Shown here piece after piece: positions 40,343-57,196 of a stretch of 64,000 nt of DNA. Source of the stretch: Eledone cirrhosa. Taxonomy: Eukaryota. Position 1 is the first letter of the stretch. Each line of letters begins with the position of its first letter. A program made the position numbers and the translations under genes. The notes beneath the pieces were generated by a model, which was given only the letters and a program-made list of their open reading frames with translations, did no database searches and was not told where the DNA came from. The DNA is taken from the NCBI GenBank assembly GCA_964016885.1, contig OZ024740.1, forward strand, positions 308,326,001-308,390,000, in the 5' to 3' direction.

Positions 40343-40644
40343 CAGAGGTTCTCAAACTTTTGGGACCACCGCCCTCCTCAGAGCCACATAATACCCTCAA
40401 CGCCCCGCACCCCTATTTCCAGAGAGACCTGCCTACACGCAAATTGTAAATAATATATAATATAATCGTTAATTTATATATAATATAATACTATATATGA
40501 ATAAATATTATATAATTTTTATTTTACTATATTTATATATAATATATATCATTTGATATTTGATATAGTATTATATCATCTCTACCACCCGCTTAGGCCC
40601 TAGCGCCCCCTCCCCCCGGGGGGCGTTAGCGCTTACTATGAGTT

Positions 40645-40645
<1 letters not shown>
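40343..40645 (-). mobile_element. hAT-like MITE (same family as 615-907)
   Basis: CAGAGGTTCTCAAACTTT terminus and colinear internal match. Confidence 0.75.
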
Positions 40646-40690
<45 letters not shown>

Positions 40691-40828
40691 GGGTGGATGG
40701 ATGGATGGATGGATGGATGGATGGATGAATTGATGGATGAATTGATGGATGGATGGGAGGGTGGATATGAGGTCACACGGGTAGACAGACAGAAAGACAT
40801 ACAGGTAGACAAACTGACAGATGGGAAG

Positions 40829-40924
<96 letters not shown>

Positions 40925-41169
40925 TGAGTGAGGGTGCGAGAGAGAGAGAGACAGACTAACAGACATGTGTGGAATGTACTGTAGCAGTTGAAGCATTTTG
41001 TTCTCTTATTTTGGCTGTGTCCTGTTGTCGAGCTTCATGTATTTGCTGTTGTTACTGCTACTGTTGCAACTGTCGCACGCCCTGCCCTCCACAACTTTAC
41101 TGTCAGTGTTCTCAGTGGCCCTATTATCTTCACTCCAATCACCCCATCATCTTAGTAAAAACAATAAAC

Positions 41170-41230
41170 GTTGGTGACGCAACCAAAGTAAAATGGCGGC
41201 TCAAAGCGAGACGTCACGGCCAATAAACCA
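41170..41230. promoter_or_regulatory. Candidate promoter motif cluster (ATF/CRE-like x2, YY1, CCAAT)
   Basis: GTGACGCAA, AAAATGGCGGC, GACGTCAC, GGCCAAT within ~55 bp of apparently unique DNA. Confidence 0.4.
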
Positions 41231-41514
41231 CATTTAAAGCCTCAACTGTCACAAACAGAAAAATCTCACTGGGGATTTAGTTTCAAGTTTTATAATTTAT
41301 AGAATATCAAGCCTTACCCCCGCCATATTAAACTCTCTGAGCGGTCTGTAATAATTCTAGTTTATTGTCAAATGTATTCATATTGTTGTTGCTACCACTA
41401 TCGTTGTTATTTTTTGCGTACTTGACTGAATGATTTCTTTCCGGTGTTTACTAAGATTTTCTTAGTTATTTTGCTGTAGTTGATACTATTGTAGTAGTAG
41501 TGGTGGTGGTGGTG

Positions 41515-41625
<111 letters not shown>

Positions 41626-41664
41626 TTATTATTGGATTTTAGTCTTCAAATTTATTATTATTAC

Positions 41665-41720
<56 letters not shown>

Positions 41721-42022
41721 TGTGTGTGTGTGTGTGCGAGCGTGTGCATACTCGCATTTATGTATCAGCTTAATCTCCCTCAAATCCCACCATCTTAGAA
41801 GAAAAAAACGCGTTATCGTCACGGATCAAGCAACTTTGTGCATAGGTCGATCAGACCTAATCGATCAGACCTGAAGCTGATATTAAATAAAAGATACATC
41901 TTAAATTCATTTTGGGAAAATGATCAAATAAAAGATAAGTGTCCGTTTCAAAAAATACAAACCACAGCAATGGTAAGGAATTTTATGCCGTGATCCTTTC
42001 GTTCCATAGGCTGACATCCTAG

Positions 42023-42319
42023 CAGTGTTTCTCAACTGGTGTTCCTCGGAAACCTAGGCGACAAGAGGTCGCTAGGGGTTCTGCGAGAAACAGTGATAAA
42101 TAAGCTAATGCATTTTGGAGTAATTTTTGTTTAATCACTTATATATTCCTAATTATACACGTGTGGCATATTGTTTGAAAATCCTTGCTTATTATAATAA
42201 AGGCTTCAACCAAATCTAAAAGAGATACGTACAGATATTAATAATGGTATATAATAATTTTTATGCAGCGGTACCCTGAGACATGGGTTCCACAAGAGTA
42301 AAAAGGGTGAGAAATGCTG
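42023..42319. mobile_element. hAT-like MITE
   Basis: TIRs CAGTGTTTCTCA / TGAGAAATGCTG; no clean TSD. Confidence 0.6.
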
Positions 42320-42343
42320 TTCTAGCAAAACATGTGAGATCAA

Positions 42344-42541
42344 TCTATATATTACTAAAATTCTGTGATTGCTTGCTTGCTTGCTTGTCTGTAATATAAT
42401 ACAGCCAAAAGGGAGCATAATGGGAAAATACTTTGAAAGGAAGTTGCGCCTGAAATGGGAATACAAATGGAATAAAACAAGTTTCGCGTAAATCGAAGCA
42501 CGGGTTCCCGAGATATGGGGTTTTCTGGGTACCTTCATAAA

Positions 42542-42608
<67 letters not shown>

Positions 42609-42705
42609 TGGTTGTGAGAGAGTAGATTGAAAGAGAGACATAGAGAGAAGGAGAGGAGACAGTGAAGGAGAATGGAAGAGAGAGAGAGAGCTGATGGTGT
42701 TGTTG

Positions 42706-42745
<40 letters not shown>

Positions 42746-42832
42746 AGCGTGTGTATATATATATATATATATGGGTGTGAGTGTGTGTGTGTGTGTGTCT
42801 ATGACCAGTGTACATAGATCATAGATACCCAC

Positions 42833-42900
<68 letters not shown>

Positions 42901-43352
42901 TGTGAAGGCGCATGGCTTAGTGGTTAAAGCATTGGACTTGCAATCGAAAGGTTGTGAGTTCAATTCTCGGACCGTATGATGTTTTGTTTCCTTGAGCAAG
43001 ACACTTTATTTCACGTTGCTCCAGTTTACTCAGCTGTAGAAATGAGATGATAGGACTGGGGTCCCTATCATTAAATCACGCAAGACACCTTCAACGAGAT
43101 ATACCATGGAGGAGACCAGCTAAACCTGCATAGGTGTGAGCTGTCACACACATGTATACATACACACACACATTTATATATATATATATATATATATACA
43201 TACACACACATATCTACGGGCCTTCCAGTTTCATTTAATATTATATACATATCTGTGTATATTTTAATTATTTAAAAATTATTTTTAAATGAACATGATT
43301 TTTATTTTATATTTTGAAGTGAACGTGACCCAACGGGTCACGGGTGGTCTAG
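42344..43352 (+). mobile_element. Non-autonomous Helitron family H2 containing a CORE-SINE
   Basis: A|TC start, GTGACCC-AAC-GGGTCAC hairpin, CTAG|T end. Confidence 0.85.
42902..43050 (+). mobile_element. CORE-type SINE (family B)
   Basis: TGGCTTAGTGG A box, GAGTTCAATTC B box, CCTTGAGCAAGACACTTTATTTCACGTTGCTCCAG. Confidence 0.85.
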
Positions 43353-43622
43353 TATGATATAAAGGGTTAAAGTTCGGTGTAGTGGCAGACATTGCTGACA
43401 GTGTTTTTTTAAACTTTTATATCTCTTTCCACACCTGTCTGTTTCCCTGTCTCTCTCTCTCTCTTTCTCCGAAGATATTACAGCCAACACCCAGCTCTGG
43501 TTTCAACAGAGAAATTCTATTCACGTAGCCTTTTCACCTGTTTGGTCATCCCGTTCTTTAGGACCTGAATTTGTTGGTGTGTGTATGTTGACTTGTGTAC
43601 ACACGCACACACACACACACAC

Positions 43623-43710
<88 letters not shown>

Positions 43711-44417
43711 GTGTGTGCGTGTGTGTGTGCGTGTGTATGCGCGCGCTTGAGGTGAGTACATCGTTACGTGACTCCTTGTCCTTGCCAGTATATCTGTATA
43801 TGCATGCGTACACAAAAGGATACAGATTTTTTTAATCGTTTAGTCGGGAGAAAGGGCACTGCTCATGACCCTTTTCAGGTCATCTGAGACTGGTGGGAAA
43901 AAGAGAGAGAGTTATCTTCGAACCAGAGACCTGGCCGAATGTCTGTAACAGAGTAGCAACATATTAGATTCTGTTGAGTATTCAAAAGAATTAAAGTGTA
44001 AGCCATTTGTATTTATATGACAGGCTGAATGAGTTGGAGTGAATAACCCAACGAAACTTAAGTACCTGTACATGTAACTATTGTAACTAATTATACTTAA
44101 CTCGTCCTATGGATATTTATACCAAATTTGTACTACAGTAACCAGCCAAAGTAACAAGACTCAGCAATTCACCATAATAAAGAATATATATATGTGTGTG
44201 TATGTGTGTTTGTGTGTGTGTGTATGTTAGAAAGAGTCGGGTCCCCACGGCTGAGCTGTTGCCGTTCCTACAGCTCATTCCAGACTCTGACGTCAAGAAC
44301 TCAGCCGTCGAGCCCCGCCTCTTTTTAATGTAATCACACTCTGTTATCCCAATCATCAAGTACTCTGTTGAGTAAAATTCTTACTAGTTTAATACTGGTT
44401 TAATCCTGAAGTATATA

Positions 44418-44510
<93 letters not shown>

Positions 44511-44556
44511 AGCCGAATTACCCGCACCTTGCTGCGTTTCACACAATTTTTTTTAC

Positions 44557-45541
<985 letters not shown>

Positions 45542-46135
45542 CTAGCTGAGGTACCCGGTAATACCCGGGAGCGGGGGGTATTCCCAGTTCCCATTAAAAT
45601 GCCCAATGCCTCTTAGACGAAAGCTCAAATCAAAATATAGGACAGATAATCAAAAGCGAAGACAAATTATTCACGAAACAATAATACAAACAAATATTGT
45701 TGATTGCATTGGTCAGGCGAAAAAATGTTTATCAGAGTTGAGTGTTGCTATAAGGAAAAAAATAGAACCCCCATTATGGGGTTTCATTGCTGAGATTTTG
45801 TGAATTAGGCCTCATATCTTGTCATTTACCTACGGTTTAAATTCCATATAAATCGATGGGAAAAAAATTAAGCGGGGGTTTCAGCGGGGGTTTGAACCCC
45901 CAGGGAACCCTTTGATTAAAATGAAATATACGTAAGAAATCAAATGGGCATGAGCTCCACACACGTGTCAAGTTTCATCAAGATCGGTTTGGTAGTATAC
46001 CGTATTTCCTGGCGTCGAAGACTCTACTTTTCTCCTAAAATTAGTCTAAAAAATCTACCATGCCTCCTGGAGGCCGAAGGTTGTTTATTATCTTTTTTTC
46101 AAATTTTGGTTGTCAAAATTATGGTATATATATAT
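45542..46135 (-). mobile_element. Non-autonomous Helitron
   Basis: A|CTAG followed by CCCGGTA-A-TACCCGGG hairpin; other end lost in (TA)n. Confidence 0.55.
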
Positions 46136-46149
46136 ATATATATATATAT

Positions 46150-46920
<771 letters not shown>

Positions 46921-47357
46921 GTATATGCATGTAATTATGAATTAGTACGCGTATGTGTGAGTGCGTGTATGTGTGTGTTTGTGGGAATGGTATTATTTTA
47001 ATGATTTGGTACAAACTATAGCATCCCAGACACGTGAACAGTACTTCAATGCCAGTGTATGTATAAATTGCACCTCTCAGTCATCTAAACATTACCTCAA
47101 TGTCTGTATGTGTCCAGACTTTACATGTGAGCAGTCCTTTAATGCCTCTGTGTGTACAAGCTGCACCGTCCCAAGCACTATTTGTTCACAAACTGAGAAC
47201 GCTCTTTCAATGTTTGTATGGATCTTGCAAAGGATAAAGCACTTCCTCCGCGCTTCCTCTTCAGATTAAACTATAAAATGACGAAGGAGGAGAAGTAAAG
47301 CTACGTACAATTTAGTTCGGGTTCTTCTATGGTTTTCGCCCATTTGCCCTTATATGA

Positions 47358-47635
47358 CAGCGCAGTGCTTAGTGACTAAAGTGCTGCGCTCACGATTGTA
47401 TGATCGGGCGTTGCGTTGTGTCTTTGAGCAAGACACTTTATCTCATGTTGCTCCGGTCCACTCAGTTGGCAAAAATGAGTTGTGACTGTAATTCAAGGAA
47501 TCAACTTTGTTAAACACTGTATAACACTGAATCACCCTGAGAACTACGATAAGAGTACACGTGTGTATGTATAATATTCAATCACGTTCACGTTAATTTC
47601 ATGAGTGTGCTCTTCCGTTGACCGAATCAGCTGAT
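47358..47635 (+). mobile_element. CORE-type SINE (family B)
   Basis: GTGTCTTTGAGCAAGACACTTTATCTCATGTTGCTCC. Confidence 0.75.
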
Positions 47636-47721
47636 GCATTCGTGAAGATATATGCAACAATACGTTAAGCCAGAGGTGGGAAACCTTTCGTGTGGCAAGG
47701 CAGCACTATGTTACTTGTAAT

Positions 47722-47902
47722 ATAATTGTTTCTACTTTTGGCACAAGGCCAGCAATTATCCCAGTGTGTTACTGGTACTTTATTTTATCGACCCCGTAAG
47801 GATGAAAGGCAAAATTAACCTCGGCGGGATTTGAACTCAGACCGTAAAGAGTCGTAACTCTATGCTGCAAAGCATGGCGTCCGACTCTCTACTGATACTG
47901 CC
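47722..47902 (-). mobile_element. tRNA-derived SINE family A
   Basis: Near full-length reverse copy. Confidence 0.9.
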
Positions 47903-48089
47903 ATATATAATAAGGCCGCATTCAAGAAACCATAATTATATGTTCTTAAAATCTATATTATTTTAATTTTGGCTGTCTGTCAGTGTGGATTATTTCGTTG
48001 AATTTTCTTTTACGTTTACAATACTTTCATCTTATGGATGAAAGTATTGTAAATACTAAAGAGTAAAAGAAAATTCAATTATATTAAAA

Positions 48090-48187
48090 TAATTATTTCT
48101 ACTTCTGGCGCAAGGCCAGCAATTATCCCAGTGTCTTACTGGTACTTTACTTTATCGACCCCGTACGGATGAAAGGCAAAGTTAACC
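48090..48187 (-). mobile_element. SINE family A 3' half
   Basis: Reverse truncated copy. Confidence 0.85.
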
Positions 48188-48227
48188 ATCGTTGCCATTT
48201 TGTTCAACACTGACATTTATCGTTTTC

Positions 48228-48392
48228 GAGTACACTGTACGGCTAATAATTCGGGCTGTTTGTTTACAAACAAACCGAGCATTATAATAAATGTTCGGTA
48301 AACCCGTACGTACATATATATGTGTGCATGTATGTATGTATATACATACTACTGTACGTCTGTATACATACTACTGTACGTCTGTATACATA

Positions 48393-48430
<38 letters not shown>
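48228..48430 (+). repeat. Unclassified dispersed repeat; inverted copy at 57190-57380
   Basis: GGCTAATAATTCGGGCTGTTTGTTTACAAACAAACCGAGCATTATAATAAATGTTCGGTAAACCC shared. Confidence 0.8.
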
Positions 48431-48439
<9 letters not shown>

Positions 48440-48468
48440 CAAAGGAATTGTGGTAAGGAACCAGATGG

Positions 48469-48631
48469 ACCATAACGCACCAGAGTACTCAATACTTAGG
48501 GTAGTAGAGTGGGAAATAGGAAAATGTATGACTCCGACGGCAGAGCTCAAGCCGTTTCGACGGCTATTTCTGGACTATAGTCCAGAAATAGCCGTTCAAA
48601 CGGCTTGAGCTCTGCCGTCGGGGTCATACTT

Positions 48632-48636
<5 letters not shown>
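48469..48636. repeat. Tail + ~120-bp palindrome abutting (TA)n
   Basis: Centre GGACTATAGTCC; same tail as 44557. Confidence 0.8.
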
Positions 48637-48706
<70 letters not shown>

Positions 48707-48829
48707 TACACATATATATATCTATATATATATATGCATGTATGTATATACATATATATGCATACACACCCACCTGGACAATCTCTTGACCGTGGCCTTG
48801 TATTTGTCTCTAATTGACTTCAAAAGCAC

Positions 48830-50700
<1,871 letters not shown>

Positions 50701-50860
50701 GCGGCGATAGTGACGTTCTGTCTATATCTCCCCCCCCACACACACACACACCCTATTGGGTATTTCGATTGTTATAATTGTTTGTTTCAATATTTTTACA
50801 CGACTGTATGTAAAATCCCCGGCTTGTGTCTTTGTATTGTCCCCTTTTCTTGTGCGCCTT

Positions 50861-51525
50861 TCGAAAAAGATTTGTCCGAGGTGCGTGCGTGACGAAGAAA
50901 CCGTCGCGCACGCATTCATACACTGCCCGGGCGTTACCGACCTGTGGGGCTATGTAGAACGACTATTGTCGCGGGTGGGGCCAATCCGGTTGACCACTGA
51001 GTCAATTGTCATGATCAAACCGCCACCCTCCTTCAAAAACGAAGGAGAGGCGGTTTTCCTTTGTGTGATAGCTATGGCGAAAGAGGTTGTATGGTGGACA
51101 AGGTTGAAAGGGCTGAGGTCAGACACCTTTCTCTCCGGCCAACAACTGATTCTTCTTTTCAAATACCACTTTGGAAGAAGAATCAGGATGGAGAGAGAGG
51201 TGCTGTACCCCAGCAAGTTTTATGAAAGGTGGGTGAAAGTGGCAAGAATGGCCCGACTGAATGGGCCTTCTCTCTATATCAGCCTGTTGGTTGAGGAAAA
51301 AGAGGAGGAGAGGAAAGGGGTACAAACTCTTCGTACTCCTGGAGATGAGGGTTGCACATTTTTTCGGGGGTATGTGTTACCCATATGTAATGTCTCCCCC
51401 TATTGGGGAAAATCGATTAACTTTTAAATTGTATTTGTGATAGCATTTTATACGTTTTTATTGTATGTAAACTTCGCCCTTTGTATTTGTCCTTTTCTTT
51501 TGTGCCCCTGTGGCTAATAAAGAAA
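50861..51525 (+). mobile_element. Tx1/L1-clade LINE 3' end with open CCHC-containing frame
   Basis: ICPRCVRDEETVAHAFIHCPGVTDLW; 3' UTR ending GGCTAATAAAGAAA at (ATCT)n. Confidence 0.8.
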
Positions 51526-51693
51526 CATATCTATCTATCTATCTGTCTGTCTATCTGCCTAATCTTTTAATATATAGTTTATTGTTATTTATTAATGTTA
51601 AAGTGTATACGATTTCATGTAAAACCCCTGCCGTCACGTTTTGTAATGTCCCATTTCTTGTACGCCCTTGTGGCAAAGAAAGATATCTATATA

Positions 51694-51724
<31 letters not shown>

Positions 51725-51771
51725 CTCTTTCTCTCTCTGTCTGTCTCTCTCTCTCTCTCTCTCTCAATCTC

Positions 51772-51830
<59 letters not shown>

Positions 51831-52543
51831 CTCTTTCTCCCTATCTCTCTATCTATCTATCTATCCATCTGTCTGTCACAGTGCATGCAGACATGTACAG
51901 CGCAACACGTGCTCCAGCCCCGCCACCCTCTCTCCAAAGCATGTTTCTTGGTTTAACAACAGAAAACCAGGGTTGCTAATTTGTTAAGATGTTGTCGACG
52001 GTTAATTAAATGTCAACGGAGAAAATGAACGTGTCAAAGTTCAGTCGGGATGTTTGAAGGGTTGGGATTGGAGAGGGGACCAAAGAGTGGTCTGGTGGAT
52101 TTGAGGTGGGGGTGGAGTTTAGGAGTCACCCTCATGTTTATTGATGCCATTAGTTTGCTGCCAGTCTGTCAATGAAACAATGAAGAAAAATAGTGTGCTT
52201 ATCTTTTATATGTGTATCCACACACACACACACAGATATTCACATACTTACACACACACGGACACACGCAGACGCACATACACATACACAAATATTCACA
52301 GACGTATGCATGTATATATATATATATACACACACAGACACAAACATGTGTGTGCCTGTGCACGCTTGGGAAAAGTAAACGAAAATAAAATCAGAGATAG
52401 AAGAAGAAATAGAAAGATAGACGACAATAAGAACAGGAAAAAACGGGAATAAATATTTTACAGGAGGAAAGTACGTGTGTCTTTAATCAGCCATTTTGCG
52501 GCAGTGCGGGTCATATATTTTGAGTTACCATGTGTGTGTGTGC

Positions 52544-52691
<148 letters not shown>

Positions 52692-53322
52692 ACGCGTGTT
52701 TGTTCGTACAAAGATGTGTGAGTATGAAGGTCTGAAGTGTATCAGACTGACATGCTGGCGTGGCTACTGCAATTGTTAGGGTATGCATGAGGCTCGCGCG
52801 TGAGCTGACCAACGTAGGCTGGCTGGGTAAGTATGAAGGCGTACATGTGTGTATATGTGTATATTCAAACGCACATGTGTGAACAAAGTTAACCTCATAT
52901 GCATACTTGTGCGTTCACATTCAAGCACACACACAGGAGATGGCTATCATTAAGTGGTCCAGAGAAAGGAATGCGGTGACACATGCATGAACATCACCAC
53001 GTCCCATTTAATGGGTATGGTCGGAGAGATACCGCAGGGCATCTCGTACGATGCTACGACAGTGCAGCCGCTAACCGACGAACTCCGAAAGATGAAGTCA
53101 CTGCGTATGTGGAGGGGATAAAGCCAGGACGTGCTGTGCTGTGGTGGCTGGGATGTTCATCCAATGGCGACCTAGCTCCAGCAATAGGTCTCACATGAAC
53201 ACTGTAGCTCACCCAGGAGACACAAACACACATGCACCGTCAAGCGAGTGCCATTAAGTGTTCGATCTCGGTGGCGTGTGATGCATAAGTACGTACATAT
53301 GTGTAGGCATATATGCAAGCTC

Positions 53323-53353
<31 letters not shown>

Positions 53354-54238
53354 TACACGCATCTAACAGTGTGGGGAAGCGAAGGTAAAAGTATTAACGT
53401 TTCAGATGTTAGTCATTCGTCAGAAGATAGAATCATTTTGTGATTGGCCGCCGACGGAGATATAAGCATGTATGATGCAAATATGTGTGTACGCATGGGC
53501 TTCCCCGTTACGCTAAATAAGCACAAGCTTAGGCATCGAGAGAAAAGAGGTACAATTTTATTCAAATTAAAGGTATTTGTCAACCAGAAAAAAAATTAGG
53601 TAGATTTTATAAATAGCCGATGGCACCATAATCTTTTCAGTACTTAGAGCTCCAAGAGAACTTAATCTGGCTCTCTATGCGAAAAGTCAACAAGTATAAC
53701 CAATGCAGTAGTAAAAATAAAACGATACAATGATGATATATATTAGTTTAACGCTTGATATAGCAGGGAAAATATATTGATGTATCGGAATAAGCTCTTT
53801 GAAATTTTGACTTTACTAACGTTTATTCTCAAAACAAGAAAAGTTAGCCAAAGAAGCTGATAAAAAAATTCCCTAAGGAAATAAAGGGTCTATTCTGAAT
53901 ATGAGAAGAGAAGCCCCAGCATCTGCCTTGCCCATCCCAAGAATGAAAGACTGGCGGGGGCCTGCAAGTAAGTTACAGCGGGATTTGAACTTTGCTAAGT
54001 TATAAAGTAACGTTGACACATTGTGACTTATGGCTTCATAGTCGTGAGTGTATATAAACTGGGAAAATTAGAATTTTTCTTATATCTATTCCAGCTGACG
54101 ACGGAAGACGATTTGTGTGTGGTGTGGTATGTATGTGTGTGTGTATATATAGATATATATATGTGTGTGTCTGCATCAGACAATTTATATCTATTACATT
54201 TATATATATCTAATCAATGGGCGTACAACAGTGCTTAA

Positions 54239-54720
54239 TCTAAACTATAATAAAGTAAGAAGCGCGGGACTGCGTACGGTTTATAAATTTTTATCCCCTT
54301 AGTAAAATAAGTTGGATTACTTTGAATAAATAATGAATGAATATTACATAATTTATCTACTAAATTTCGTGGCTGTTCATTAAATATATTTTATTACTTA
54401 TTTAAAGATTCACTTCTTTAACATTTTCAAATGTCAACACTTCCGGTTAGCGATCGTTTAAATAAATATTCATATATTTCTGTCACTAATTTTCTCCTAA
54501 TGTAGTTTATATATAATATCGTCTTTTTTTCATGTATCATGGATTACGTTACTGATTACAGAAGACAGTGTAACACAGTCTTCGTTCAATTTCTGTGTAT
54601 GTTGTCAATTACGATTTTATTTGATCATATCTACATGTATATATATACTTGCGTATAATATCAATATACACACTACACATGCTAGCAGAAAAACCACCCG
54701 AAGGGTGGTTTTTCTGCTAG
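54239..54720 (+). mobile_element. Non-autonomous Helitron family H1
   Basis: A|TC...CTAGCAGAAAAACCACCC-GAA-GGGTGGTTTTTCTGCTAG|T. Confidence 0.85.
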
Positions 54721-54753
54721 TTATATTAAATGAAGTTTTTAAAAAAGAGTTAA

Positions 54754-54784
<31 letters not shown>

Positions 54785-55134
54785 AGAGTTAATAAATAAA
54801 TAAAGAGTTAATAAATAAATAAAACGTTATACTTGTTTTACCCTCCCATTTCCAATTAAACCGAACGCTATCATGACTGTGTGTGTGTGTTTGTGTAAAT
54901 GTATGTGTATTTGTGTGAGTTATGTCCGTGAGTGTGTATTTTTATAAGTTTGTGTTTGCGCCATCATAGTTATATACTCATAATAGTTATATACTCATAC
55001 ATATAGATGCATGTATGTGCACACTCATACGCGTCAGGGTGTAGAAATCATAATCTCTCTATCTCTCTCATCACACACACTCTCTATTTCTATATATATG
55101 GTAGATGAAGTGGTGGTGGTGGCGACGATATAGC

Positions 55135-55682
55135 GGAAGTGCAACTTTGAAAAGAAATCAATTTTAGATTATTTATTTTTACGAAATTATTTCTTTACGA
55201 AATTTACCACATAAGTTATGTAATATTCATTCATTATTTATTCAAAGCAAATCCCGCCGAGGTTAACTTTGCCTTTCATCCTTACGGGGTCGATAAAATA
55301 AAGTACCAGTAATGAACTGGGTAATTGCTGGCCTTGTGCCTAAAGTAGAAACAATTATTTATTCAAAGTAAGGGCAGTGGATTGGCAGTATCGGTAGAGG
55401 GTCGGACGCCATGCTTTGACGCATAGAGTTACGGCCCTTATCATTCTGAGTTTAAATCCCGCCAAGGTTAACTTTGCCTTTCATCCTTACGGGGTCGATA
55501 AAATAAAGTACCAGTAATGTACTGGGTAATTGCTGGTCTTGTGCCAAAAGTAGAAACAATTATTTATTCAAAGTAATCCAATTTATTTTACTAACTGGAT
55601 TAGAAGAAATAAAACGTACGCAGCCCTTGCTTTATTATAGCTTATTATAGTTTATTATAGTCCAGCTTTATTATAGTTTATA
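55135..55682 (-). mobile_element. Truncated H1-related Helitron containing two tandem SINE A copies (55249-55336, 55372-55561, both +)
   Basis: Reverse match to H1 5' part; ATTATTTATTCAAAG present three times. Confidence 0.75.
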
Positions 55683-55754
55683 TATATATATATATATATA
55701 ATATATATATATATATATAATATATACATATATATATATATAATATATATATAT

Positions 55755-55785
<31 letters not shown>

Positions 55786-55842
55786 ATATATATATATATA
55801 TATAATATATATATATAATATATATATAATATATATATATAT

Positions 55843-56648
55843 GAAGTAATTCCGTCGGAAAGGTCCAGGAAAAAAGAGTGCTCTATGTAGGTTACAGAGC
55901 TTATTAGTTATGTAATAAACAACATAAGATAATTATTTCATTTGCCAGTGGTTTCTTGAAAGCAAACAAATCTGCTTTCAGTCGTCAGAATGAAAAGGTC
56001 CTGGTGTTTTTATTGAATGTGGATTTGAAAACAAAAATATAAGAAATATGAAAGTGTGGCTCAGGGAAGAAGAAAAAAAAGATTATAAATAAATTGATTT
56101 TAGTATTTGTTTTTTCTTATTTCGTATCGCTGTCAACTTGCTAATTTTTTTTTTTTTTTTTTTTATTTATTTTTATTTATTTTTTTTTATTTTTTTTTTT
56201 TATATTTTACTATATTTTACTGATTTATCTTGCCCAGTTGATGTGACTGCTTATTTTAGTATATGCGCATGGTCGAGTGTGTATATGTTTGTTTATTTAT
56301 CTTTACTTATTTTTATAATTATGTGTGTGTATATATATGTATGTATGTGTGTATATATATATATATACGTATGTGTTTGTGTATTTATGTGTATATGTAT
56401 GTATGTATGTTTATATATATATATATATATGTGTATATATATGTGTGTGTGTGTGTTTATATATATATTTATATATTTATAATCTTTTTTTCTTCTTCCC
56501 TGAGCCTCACTTTCATATTTCTTATATTTTTGTTTTCAAATCCACATTCAATAAAAACACCATGATTTTTTCATTCTGACGACTGAAAGCAGATCATTTA
56601 CCACTGGTAAATGAAGTAATTATCTTATGTTGTTTATTACATAACTAT
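55843..56648. mobile_element. Fold-back insert (~180-bp arms + tail) between (TA)n tracts; probable Penelope-like pLTR
   Basis: 55905-56092 inverted relative to 56475-56647; hammerhead motif in both arms. Confidence 0.75.
55936..55995 (-). ncRNA. Type I hammerhead ribozyme motif with mutated cleavage site
   Basis: UUUCAUU-CUGACGA-CUGAAAGCAGA/UUUGCUUUCAA-GAAA-CCACUGG-CA-AAUGAAA; the other arm retains UA at that position. Confidence 0.7.
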
Positions 56649-57143
56649 ATATATATATATATTAAAATAACAGATTAAAGTTTAAGCAAAGAATCGCTGC
56701 TTTCACCCTTAACGGGATTTTCAAATTTATTATTATTACTATATATATCAATTTTTCTGGATACCTGCCGAAGAGCACAGAAATTGAATTTTTCACTTTT
56801 TCACTTATCGTTGCGAAACTTATTTGGGTTTTGAAATTTAAATTTGTCTGCGGAACAGGTTTGGGTTTTGAAATTTAAATTTGTCCAGGTATCACGGCTA
56901 TTGCCAATATGGGTTTGGTTTTATTGATTTATTATTTTAAATCGAGACAGGCAAACTGTATTAATTTAATTAGTATTTTTCAATCTAGCTAACTTGGTCA
57001 TTTGCAATACAAACACTTATATAATTGTATTAGTGTTTATCATATATTAATTTATATTAATTTGTATTTCACGGCTCAGAAATACCTCTTTCTTTGAGCT
57101 ATTTAATTGTAAAAGACTGTTTGAGTTTATAACTCTATATATA

Positions 57144-57196
<53 letters not shown>

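Noticed and set aside
42902-42975. tRNA genes at SINE heads (here and in family A)
   Set aside because: A/B boxes continue into SINE bodies; no intact cloverleaf or terminator.
46961-47269. Cys-rich ORF with repeated EQ.FNASVC..CT
   Set aside because: Starts in a microsatellite; better explained as a degenerate tandem duplication; no splice evidence.
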